From Lama guanicoe (taxonomy: Eukaryota), in assembly GCA_013239625.1 (NCBI GenBank), contig MU053994.1, forward strand, positions 3,105,589 through 3,169,588: DNA of 64,000 bases. Direction: 5' to 3'. The notes under the pieces were generated by a model. The model searched no databases, was not told the DNA's origin, and saw nothing but the letters and a program-made list of their open reading frames with translations. This document shows, in pieces, positions 1 to 22,872 of the stretch (positions are counted from its first letter, which is position 1; every line of letters begins with the position of its first letter). Position numbers and translations under genes: made by a program.

Positions 1-1411
1 TGAATGATTAAAATAATAATTCGATTTGACATTTTCCCCTCTTCATGGTTTTCTTCCTCCGCCCAGATAAAATAATTTCCCATCACCCGTACAAGGTACA
101 TAGGGGATGGCTCTCATTATCCTTATTTTATCAATGAGGAAACTGAGGCGCAGAATGGTGAAGCAAATTGTTCCCGACTGCAAGTGAGTCATGGTTGCTT
201 CATTCAAAATAGAGGTTGAACAGTTTTGGAATCAAAGACAGCTCTATCTCCATGGTGCCAGTATTTAGCTATCTCCCTTAGACGCTGAGTACAAATTGTG
301 CCCTATTACATACACATACTGACTTCATCAAAATTGCAGAGAGGAACACATATATGCTTGAAGTCAGAGTGTGGTTGGTGCAGTATAATTAATTTCCTTA
401 TATTCAAGATCAAGTTGTGTGAAAGGTAACATATGATAGATTCAAAAACATTCCCGAGAGGAAAGAGTGGGTGGCAGTTGGTGAGCTGCAACATTTTTCC
501 TTTCATAGAACAATTCTCCTGGAAGAAACAGCATTGCTGCCTTTTTCTATTTTCAGCACAAAGTAACACTTAACTAATCCAATTATTATTCAAGTGAAGG
601 TGTATAGCCACAAACCCTCACTTAATCTGCCAGTTTTGCAAAACAACAAGCTAACCTATAGCAGAGGATGCAGATTGGGGGGTCTGCTGGCACAAATGAA
701 CTCACATAAAGGGTCTACAGATTTTTCACTTTAATTTGGAATGCATATAAAGGGATATTTATAACATCTATGAGGCAAGAAGAATCAAGAAAAACAAACC
801 TTCATGTACCCATCAACCCAGCTTAACAAATAGAACAGTACCAATAGCCCTGAAACCTTCGAGGCACACACAGTACATGAAACAATCTGAATGAGCTGCC
901 AGAGACAAAAATCAATTGGGACATTTCACACAAAAATCTGGATGGCCAGCCTCTCTTGAAAACCTGGCACCACTGGGCCTTCATTCCCAGAGGGAAATCA
1001 TGGGTGGGCCCTGCGTGGGGTCGCCACTCCAGTTCACCCCACCCCACCCCGTGTCTGCTATCTGACTGCCTTTCTTCATCCACATGGCCTGTCTGGCCCT
1101 GAGACATCTGAGTTCATAACCCCTGGCACGTGTGTTTCCTTTCTGAGTTGGCTTTCTCCCCTTTGACGCTGTTCAAACTTTCTATTTCCCTAGTTCTCCT
1201 GCTTCTGCTTTAGGGGATTTCTTTTCTGGGTGAAGCAGGACCTTTAAGAGGCACTGGGCTCTCTGGAGATGCGCAGATGAGAAGAAACTGTCTCTGCCCT
1301 CAGTGGACATGTACCCACGGAGGAACTGACCTGTGTACAATTGCATATAATACAAGACAGGCAGCAACAGAAATGGAGAAAGGGTTGCAGGAACACAGAG
1401 CAGGGGGAAAC

Positions 1412-1453
1412 TGTGTGTTAGCCAGGGTTCTCCAGAGAAACAGAACCAACAGG

Positions 1454-1490
<37 letters not shown>

Positions 1491-1832
1491 TTTCTATCTA
1501 TCTAGAGATGGATTTCAAGGATTCGTCTCATGTGATGTGGGGGCTGGCAAGTCTGAAATCTGCAGGGTGGGCTGAGAGGCTGGAGACCCAGGGAGGAGCT
1601 GATGTTACAGCTTGTCTGCTAGCAGAATTCCCTCTTCCTTGGGGGACCTCTGCCTTTTTCTCCAAAGGTCTTCAACCAATTGGATGTGACCCACATACAT
1701 TATGGAAGTTTACACTTTTACTGACTTAAAAGTTAGTCTCATCTGAAAAACACCTTCACAGCAACATCTAGACTGGGTTTGACCAAATATCGGGTACTGT
1801 GGCCTAAGTCGACACATTAAAAGTAACCATCT
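1412..1832 (-). mobile_element. MLT2-like (ERVL) solo LTR with an internal (TG)~17 microsatellite at 1455..1489
   Basis: tgtgttagccagggttctccagagaaacagaacc ... gacacattaaaagtaaccatc matches the recalled MLT2 consensus ends. Confidence 0.75.
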
Positions 1833-2402
1833 CAGGCTGCACGAGTGTATGTGTGTGTGCACTGTGTACATGTGGAGGTTCAGGTAGGAATTTGAGAGGC
1901 AGGAACACAGGGGAAGAACATTTTGTGTAGAGGGAACACTGGGAACAGAAAGAACAGAGGTGGAGAAAACTGATTCTGTTCAGAGTAATGAGCACTGCAG
2001 CAGAGGGGTAAAAAGTGCCAGGATGGTGCTGGGGGGCGTGGCACAGGGCAGCGTGGACAAGGTGGGTGGTGAATTGCGGGCAGGAGAAAATGCGATTGGA
2101 GAGAGCTCAATGGAGCTAGGTCGGGAATGACCTAGGATGCAGTGGGAGGTGTCAAAGATTCTGAGTAGAGAAGTGGCACACTAGGACTGTGTGTTGTAAG
2201 AACTTTTAAGAAAACTGGCAGAAAAGGAAAGGGTGGGGTGGGGGGGAAAAGGGAAGCAGGAAATGCAGCGAGGAAGCTTCTAGGATAATAAAGAGCAGGC
2301 TTGAGCTATGTTCAAACTATCTGGGAAAAATATCCTGTTTTTTTTTTTTCTATGTAGGAAAAGATAGCTGATAAACAGGTATATTGTTCTTAAATTGGCA
2401 CT

Positions 2403-2498
2403 TGAGGGGGGAGTATAACTCAGGGGTAGAGTGTGTGCTTAGCATGCACGAGGTCCTGGGTTCGATCCACGGTACCTCCACTGAAAAAAAAATCACAG
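2403..2498 (+). mobile_element. tRNA-derived SINE (camelid Vic-1-like)
   Basis: A-box/B-box tRNA-like head and A tail; 14-bp TSD CTTAAATTGGCACT at 2389..2402 and 2499..2512. Confidence 0.88.
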
Positions 2499-2647
2499 CT
2501 TAAATTGGCACTCATGCCAAAAAAAAGAAGATTGCTCACTACAGGTGTGGGGGTAAAAAAAAGGCCTGAACTTGGCAGTTAGTCAATAAACCAATTTGAG
2601 TGGCATCAGGTGGGAAGGAGGGCCTGTTTATGGATAGCAGGGAGGTT

Positions 2648-2810
2648 ATTTATTTTTAACTGTTTTTCTCTTTTGTCTTTTTTTGGGGGGTGGTAATTAG
2701 GTTTATTTGTTTACCTTTATTTATTAATGGAGGCACTGGGGATTGAACCCAGGACCTCAGGCATGCTAAGCATGCGCTCTACCACTGAGCTATGCCTACC
2801 CACCTCCCCT
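2648..2810 (-). mobile_element. Vic-1-like SINE
   Basis: ggggattgaacccaggacc...ctctaccactgagcta core preceded by a T-rich tail. Confidence 0.85.
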
Positions 2811-3369
2811 CTGAGGTTTTAAGTCTGAGTGTGAGAAATGATACTATTACCTGAGATAAAGGCCAGAGGAGGGAGTTGTTTGGGGAGATGATGAATCCTG
2901 TTTGGGACTGGCTGAGTTTGAGGGGTATGAGATACCCTGGTTAACTGTGTGCCCTGGCTTCACTTGGCGTGGCGTGCATTGCACTCCTAGCCCCACCGCT
3001 CACTAGCCTCACCAGCCGTGGGAGCCACAGCCTAGTATTTCTGTGCACTGGGGGGAACGGGACCTTTCTTCTAGGGCTGCTGTGAGGATTAGATGAGCTA
3101 ATAATACATGTGAAGCACTGAGAACATTGCTGCTCAACAGACACAGAAACAGTTGAGGATGTGGCTCTTAATCTTCGCAGAGAACGTCAGGAAGACTTCC
3201 AAAGCACCTTCCGGTCTCCACATCCCACTCACAGACTGATTGTAATTAAACTATATCTCCAGGATGAATCTTCCCTGTCTTTTGCTTCATAAGATTAGAA
3301 CGGCCAACATGAAGGGAGAATTCGCAAAAGAAAGTCTGGGATTCTACCTAAGAACACAATTCTGTATTT

Positions 3370-4173
3370 CTTAATAGAGAACGCTGGTTTGGACAGTATC
3401 ATTCTGGCTCCAGTGAAAATGTATGTTTTTTTCCACACCACAGAGCAATTCTCTGACACCAGCTGGGTATCCTCCAATTCAACTCAATTCTGACATTATC
3501 TATCTGGAGATAAGATTAGGTCCCACAGGCTAAGGGCTCAGTCCCATGAGACTGCCCCGCCTCCTCTACCGTGGAAGCCAATCGCAAATCCACGTTTCAC
3601 CTGTCCTTCTGACCAACCGGCCAGCGAATGGAGATTCCAACATCCGACCCCCGCTCCGCCTTGGGTTCATTTAATTTACTAGAGCAGCTCACAGAATTCA
3701 GACAAGTATTTTACTTTCTAGAGTACCGATTTATTATAAAAGGACATAACTCAGGAACAGCCAGATGGAAGAGATGCACAGGGTAAGGGATGAGAAAAGG
3801 GCGCCAGCTTCCACGTGAACCTGGAAGCTCTGCGAATCACGTCTTCTTGGGTATTTATGGAGGCTTCGTTACGTAGGCACGATGGATTAAACCATCGGCT
3901 GTTCGTGATTGAACTCAATCTCCAGCCTCTCTCCCCCCACCAGAGGTGAGGATGTGGGATTGAATATTCCAAGTTCCAACCCTCTAATCACGTGGTTGGC
4001 TCCTCTGGCAACCAGCCCCCATCCTTAGATGCAGTCCAAAGTCGTTTCATTAGCATAACAAAAGACCTTTAATCACTCTCGTCGCGGGAAATTCCTAGAG
4101 TTTTAGGAGCTGTGTGCCAGGAACAAGGTCAAAGACCAAATATATATTTCTCATTTAAAAATCACAATATTAC
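3370..4173 (-). mobile_element. MER21-like (ERVL) LTR
   Basis: caattctctgacaccagctggg...gggctcagtccca and terminal aaatcacaatattaca resemble the recalled MER21 consensus. Confidence 0.65.
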
Positions 4174-4340
4174 AGTCAAAACAAGATGTCTTTGAAGAAA
4201 TAAAAATTAAACGATTGAAAAGGTTTAAAAAAATTTTTAATGTAGCTATCAAGGTCTATAGGACAATGACAGCAATAATCACTAAGTAGGAAGGTGTAGG
4301 GGGAAAAGTGAATTCGTTTTAGGAAGCTCAGTGTATATTT

Positions 4341-5370
4341 GGTCGTCCCTCCATACGTGCCGGTTCTGCATCCGAGGATCGAAATATTTGGGGGAAAACA
4401 AGTCCCGTAAAGTTCCTCAAAGCAAAACTTGAATTTACCCTGCGCCAGTAACTATTTACATAGTATTTACAATCATTTACATACTATTTATATTGGATTA
4501 GGTTTTATAAGTAATCTAGAGATGGTTTAAAGTACAGGTAATATGTATATATATATGACGGCAACATTGTGCTGTACACCAGAAATGGAGACATTGTAAC
4601 CGACTATACTTCAGTTAAAAAAAAAAAAAGGACAGACATACCTCTTTTTAATGTGCTTCAAAGATACCGCGTTTTTTTACAAATTGAAGGTTTGTGGCAA
4701 TCTTGCATCGAGCAAGTCTTATGAGCACCATTTTTCCAACAGCATTTGCTCACTTCGTGTCTCTGTGTCACATTTTGGGAATTCTCACAATATTTCAAAC
4801 TTTTTCATTATTATATTTGTTATGGCGATCTGTGATCAGTGATCTTTGATGTTACTATTGCAAAAAGATTATGATTCACTGAAGGCTCAGATGATGGTTA
4901 ACATTTTAATTAATTATTTGTTTTGTTTTGTTTTGTTTTGTTTTGAGGGGGGAAGAGGTAATTAGTTTGATTTATTTTTAATGGAGATAATTGGGGATTG
5001 AACCCAGGACCTTGTGCATGCTAAGCATGCACTCTACCACTGAGCTATAACCTCCCCTCTGAAGTATTTTTAAATTAGGATATATCCATTTTTTTAGACA
5101 TTACACACATAACAGACTACAGTATAGTGTAAATATCTATATACACTGGGAAATAAAAAATTTTGTGTGATTATTGCAATATTCGCTTTATTTTGGTTGA
5201 CCGGAACCAAACCTGCAATATATCTGAAGTCTGCCTATATGCGGGAGGATGTACCTGGGTTACACGTAAATACTACACCATTTTATATAAGGGACTTGAG
5301 CATCGGAGGATTTTGGTATTTGAGCGAGGTCCTGGAACCAATCCCCTGTGGATACAGAGGGATGAGTGTA
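4341..5370 (+). mobile_element. Nested cluster: Tigger3a-like element interrupted by an L1 3' stub (4539..4630), an internally deleted Tigger1 (4633..5237) and a SINE
   Basis: Tigger3a-like halves (...gtaatctagagatggtttaaagta | tatgcgggaggatgt...ggaaccaatcccc) flank both Tigger1 termini (cagacatacctc... / ...gaagtctgccta). Confidence 0.75.
4905..5059 (-). mobile_element. Vic-1-like SINE inside the Tigger1 derivative
   Basis: SINE core with a (TTTTG)n tail. Confidence 0.85.
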
Positions 5371-5732
5371 ATTTCAACACAGGACTGCTACTCAGCCCTA
5401 TCTATGAGGTCATGGCCAAGTTCTACATCACCTGAGAGAGAAACTGCTAAAAATGCCCCTATTACCTAAGCTGCAGCGTGGAATCTTGAAAGTATGTGAC
5501 CCCCTTTGCAGTATTTCCAAGACTCCTCATCTTCTCTTCCAAAGCAAGGCATCCCCCTTGCCCTGTTCCCTCTGGTTCAGAGCCTCTACCCTAGGCTTCC
5601 CTGTTATTTATTCCTTGTACTGCCCAGTCACTTTGCATGAATGAAAGCAGAAGTACAGTGGATTTTTCTGTTTGAAAATATTTTTAGCAAAGTTAGTGGC
5701 AGAGAAGATGCCCTCTGATACAATTTTGTTTT

Positions 5733-5941
5733 ACCTTTTTTTAAAATTATTTTTTATTTTTTGAAGACTGACTTTGTTCATTGAGGGTTTTTGTTGTTGT
5801 TTTTTGTTTTCTGTTGTTTTGTTTTGGGGAGTAATTAGGTTTATTTATTTCTTTTTATTTTTAGAGGAGGTACTGGGGATTGAATCCAGGACCTTGTGCA
5901 TGCTGAGCATGTGCTTTACCACTTGAGATATATCCTCCCCC
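5733..5941 (-). mobile_element. Vic-1-like SINE
   Basis: SINE core; TSD CAATTTTGTTTT at 5721..5732 and 5942..5953. Confidence 0.88.
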
Positions 5942-7804
5942 CAATTTTGTTTTTCATCTTGCCATCTCTGTGAGAGGAAAGCGGATTCCAGGCCAGATCT
6001 GCTATTTGGGAGTGTAATAATTGCCTAAAACAAACCTGGTTTTGTATGTACCAGCTCCCACCCTTGGAGAATAAAAGTGTACAGCAATATCCTAGAGTCT
6101 AAGACTCCTCTTTTCCATTCAGAAATTTTATCAGCCTTCATAGCAAGATTTTTCCTAATTACTATAAATTACCTCGCATTGGAAACTGAACCTGCTGTAT
6201 CTGAAGCCACAAATACTCAAAAAGGTGATTACACTTTAAAACATAAAAGAAGACAGTAGGCAACTGCTTTTACCTCCACACCTACAATCATCTGTTCCCA
6301 TTACAGGGGAGTTCCACCCTCCTTGAACTTTATTCCCTATCCACACTAAAGGGAAGTGTGGGTCACTTGGACCCAGAAGGCCCCCTGGACCTTGCAGAAA
6401 AACAGCGGGCAATCATGAAGCTGATTAAAGGCTCTGAGGTTTCTGTCTCTTGGAATTCCTCTTATTACTGCTTTTCTTCGAGCTGCAGACTAGTATAATG
6501 ATCTTTCTGCAAGGTTTTAGGCTACTTGGACACATTATTTATTTGCATCATGATAATGTGATTTCAGTCTATCTCAGTCTCAGAAAGTGGTGATGAAATT
6601 GCTTAAAGCCATGTGTAGAAGCGAATAATGGATCTAGACCCCTTAACATGCCCACATTACAACTTGCAGAGGCAGGGCATTTGTACTGTTCACCCATCTT
6701 CAACAACTATCGGGCTACTATGTGCCATACCTTGTGCAGTCCGAGGTGGTGAGACAGGTTCCCTCCGCTCCGTGTGCTCACACACAACTACAGTAGGACA
6801 CAGTGAGTGTTATAGTGGAGACTCGAACAGTGAGGACTCTGGGAGCACAATGCCAGAGCAAACCACTCTGCTGGGAAGGTTGAGACAATGGGGAGATGGA
6901 CGTGTATCCACCGTGTACTAAGGTCTTACTCCTTTCACCCGTGAGCCCTTGAATCCCAACCATATTTTTATTCTAACTTTATAGACAAGGAAACTGAGGC
7001 CCGGAGATGTCAGGTGAGTTGCCCCTAGTCCACAGCTTGTAAGCAGTAGAGCAGGGATCTGAACTGCCAGTTCAAGGACCTCCAGTTGCTAGGCAGCCTC
7101 CAGTGATGGGGGGTGGGGTGGGGATGGGAGTGGGGGTGGTGCAAATAGTATACTTGCTTCAGTATGGGCACTCAACAATGCCTGGGAATGAAAGAAAGGG
7201 AGCATGCGAAAAATCTCCCTATTTCAGCTTTTCCTAACCCTTTTTAGGTCACTTCAAGGCAAATTTGCAAATAAGGGCCATGTGAAAAAGATATGCAAAT
7301 GACGACTTAGTGGAAAAGCCATTCCGAGTGCTTGCGAAAGTTGGTTCATTTAGCCACCTCAAGCGCACACATCATTCTTTTTCAGAATGAATGTGTTTGA
7401 AGACAAAGCTTTATGTTTCCCTGCTTTTTTTCCAAATTTATATTCCAATTATAACGTATTGATTAACAAAACACCCTGGTGGTTTGAACTGAGTATGCCT
7501 ATGAGCAAGGGTTAATTGAAAATAGGAAATGGCAATATATTTTTAATCCTTTTAGGTACTCCCATGGTAGTACCCTGTAGAGTGGCTCTACTCAAAAGTA
7601 AAATAAAGCCCAGACCTAGGGTATTCAGCACATCCCATTGTTACTACATGCAGTTTGAATTGTCAGAACTCACAGCTTTTGAATCTGTTTACCCTGGTCT
7701 ACATGAAAAGGAAACTGAAGCAAAACCAAGCAAAAACACACCTCACCAATGCTCTATGAGACTTTGTGAATCTCAGGGCTGAAAGGAACTCTAATGATCA
7801 TTAA

Positions 7805-8450
7805 GCGTAATGGTTTTTGAAGGGGCAAAAATCTGTATTTTTGGTTGTCACAATGACTGGCAAGGGCAACTGGCAGTTAGTGGGCAGAGACCAGGCATGC
7901 TAGAAATTCTACAACACCGGTCAGTCCCATACAGTGAAGAATTGATCCTCTGGATACTCACATAAGTGAAAAACTAGTTCATCATGATGTAAGCCTAGAA
8001 CTAACACATTTTACATACAAACAAAAGTATTTTTTGCCCAGTTTCCATATACACTGAATTCTCTAGGAATGTAACTACTGTATCAATTGAGGCAACACTG
8101 TACTGTTTTGTTTCAAACATTACCAAGCGTTCACCATTTTGGGAAAATAAGGTCATCAATGGCAATGCTGCTCATGGTAGTTGTGAAAACACACTTTTTT
8201 GTTTGCATCTGTGACTGCACTGAGCAGGTATCATCATTTAGTGTCCTTGTGTGGGAGCGTTCACATATTAAAATACATTGTTTTATTATAATTACTTTGC
8301 TTTTATTCTAAAGTTAGGTCTTGGGTGGTTTTTTTTTTTTTTGTGATTGTGTGTTGTTAGATCTAGGTTATATTATCTACGACTTTTTTTCAGTATGGTT
8401 AACGGGGGCATGACAAAATACTCGTTATAAAACGGAGTTGGGTCTTTCAT
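7805..8450. mobile_element. MER20/MER20B-like hAT-Charlie DNA transposon remnant
   Basis: ttttggttgtcacaa...actggcagttagtgggcagagaccagg matches the recalled MER20 core. Confidence 0.55.
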
Positions 8451-9282
8451 AGGGTCAAGTCGTCCAGCTCCTCTTACAGATAAGGAAATTGAGACCCAGA
8501 GCAGTTAAGCAACTTGCCCAGGACACAAGTGTTATATTATCTCCCTATCTCGTTAGAATTTCGGTTTGAATTTTAAAAATTGGAATAGGAGAGAAGCTAA
8601 GTGGTAAATTATGTGATGAGAACAAGCTATCTGAATTCTGGCAGCAGAAGGTAACCTGGGGGATGGTGGAAAACTCTGTACATTATATTTAATTCTGTCA
8701 GGCTGAGGGTCAGAAGAGGGGGGTGGGAAACGTTTATAAGGACCCCTCTATGCGGCGCTCGCTTAAAGCCAGCTCAACACATTTTCTTCTATTTAAGGTT
8801 ATGCGGCACTGAGGCTGGGACTAGGGGTAGCCTGCTTAGGAGAGGGCCACAAGGGATTCCTCCGACGGCATAAACCCATTTCCTCTCGGGATTCCCTATC
8901 TACTGTGTGGGCCGAGGGTCACCCCGACCCCAGGCCGATAATGCTTTAGACTTCTTTGGCAGGCCCAGACTGCGCCCAGCCACAAACAGCTGCGACTCCC
9001 TTGGAGAGCCGTTCTCCATCCTTAGGGTCCTCTGGCTTTGAGGGCGACAGCATCGAGCCGGTGGCCACCGGCCCTGAGCCGCAGGATACCATGCAGGAGG
9101 AAACTAGGGGTGTAAAGGACCGGTCTTGCTGGCGGAGGGCAGGGGTCCAAGAAGGGTGCGCTACCACCAGCTCAAGTTCAGCGCGTGATTGTCTCATTGT
9201 CTCCTGACCGCGGGGGGCGGGGATGCGCGCCAAGGCGCGCTCACGCCGGGGAGCCGTGTGTGTGTAACTTGAGGGGCTGTCG

Positions 9283-9318
9283 CGTTCCTAGGCGGCGCCC
9301 CCGCTGCCTAGGCAACGG
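9283..9318. promoter_or_regulatory. Paired RFX X-box-like motifs
   Basis: GTTCCTAGGCGGC (9284..9296) and GCTGCCTAGGCAAC (9303..9316) resemble the X-box GTTGCCATGGCAAC. Confidence 0.55.
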
Positions 9319-9355
9319 CGCGGTAAAGGTTCCCACCACCACTGCGTTCGACCAG

Positions 9356-9483
9356 CTCCCCTCCACCTCCTCCCTCCATTCCCAATCATCCCGCCCTCTT
9401 CCCTCCTTTTACCCCTCCTCCTCTCCCCTGCCTCCCTCCCTCTCCCCTCTCTTCTTCCCTCCTCCTCTCTCCTCTTCTCCCCC
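9356..9483. repeat. Polypyrimidine/polypurine low-complexity tract
   Basis: ~125 nt almost entirely C/T on the + strand (CCT/CTCC repeats). Confidence 0.85.
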
Positions 9484-9522
9484 GATTCCGAACACTACTT
9501 AAAACCACGGTTTCCTGCTCCA

Positions 9523-9562
9523 CAAAATGGCCTCCGTGTTCGACACCTGCGGTCACGTGACC
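9523..9562. promoter_or_regulatory. YY1 motif plus palindromic E-box (USF/MiT-TFE type)
   Basis: CAAAATGGCC 9523..9532; GGTCACGTGACC 9551..9562 is a perfect 12-bp palindrome. Confidence 0.65.
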
Positions 9563-9825
9563 CGTCGTCCCCTCGGCTTGGGGCCTCTTTTTCCCCAACT
9601 CCGATTTCGGGGAGGCTGCCCGCGAAACAGCGAGGGCTGATTAGTTTGGAACAATCTAACAATATCTGCAAGTCTAGGGGACTGAGGAAGAAAGGGGGGA
9701 GAGAGAGAGAGAGCGAGCGCGCGCCCTAGAAAGAAACAGCGAAACCTGGGGATATTGGGGGAAAAAAGGGGAAAAAGGCCTAGGTTAGATTTTAAGATCT
9801 CCTAGCTGGCGAAAAGCGGGAATGA

Positions 9826-9845
9826 CGAGATCTCGCGAGATCTCG
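9826..9845. promoter_or_regulatory. TCTCGCGAGA (BANP/ZBTB33-type) motif inside a 20-bp palindrome
   Basis: CGAGATCTCGCGAGATCTCG; a second near-copy TCTCGCGAG at 9971..9979. Confidence 0.7.
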
Positions 9846-10063
9846 AGACCTCCTAGACTTAGGGTAACAGCGGAGGACTGGGGAAGTGGAACTCAAGTGA
9901 ACTAGGACAGCATTTGGTGCTGGGAGTTCCAGGGCAGGACGATGAGCCGGGGACGCGACTGACTAGGAAATCTCGCGAGGTTAGGACTAAAGGAGCGCGC
10001 AGTAGCTAGGCAGAAGTCGTAGCGGCGAGAGGAGTGCGGGTGTGAGAGGGAGGGCATACGTCT

Positions 10064-10101
10064 TACGTGCTGACGTAGCAGTCGTTCAAGCGGGTATATT
10101 A
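10064..10101 (+). promoter_or_regulatory. Proximal core promoter: HRE-like TACGTG, CRE-like TGACGTA, TATA-like TATATTA
   Basis: TACGTG 10064..10069 (~155 nt before the ATG, similar to the position I recall for the human DDX3X HIF-1 site), TGACGTA 10071..10077, TATATTA 10095..10101. Confidence 0.55.
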
Positions 10102-10219
10102 GGTCCGTGGCCGCGCCGTGCGCCTCAGAGCCGCAGTTCTCCCGTGAGAGAGCCTTCGCGGTGAACCAAACACAGTAGCTCAGCAGCGGAAGACTCCGAG
10201 TTCTCGGTACTCTTCAGGG

Positions 10220-22872
<12,653 letters not shown>

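Noticed and set aside
2403..2498. tRNA-like sequences (this copy and nine others) as real tRNA genes
   Set aside because: They have A/T-rich tails, TSDs and divergent stems, so they are SINE copies.
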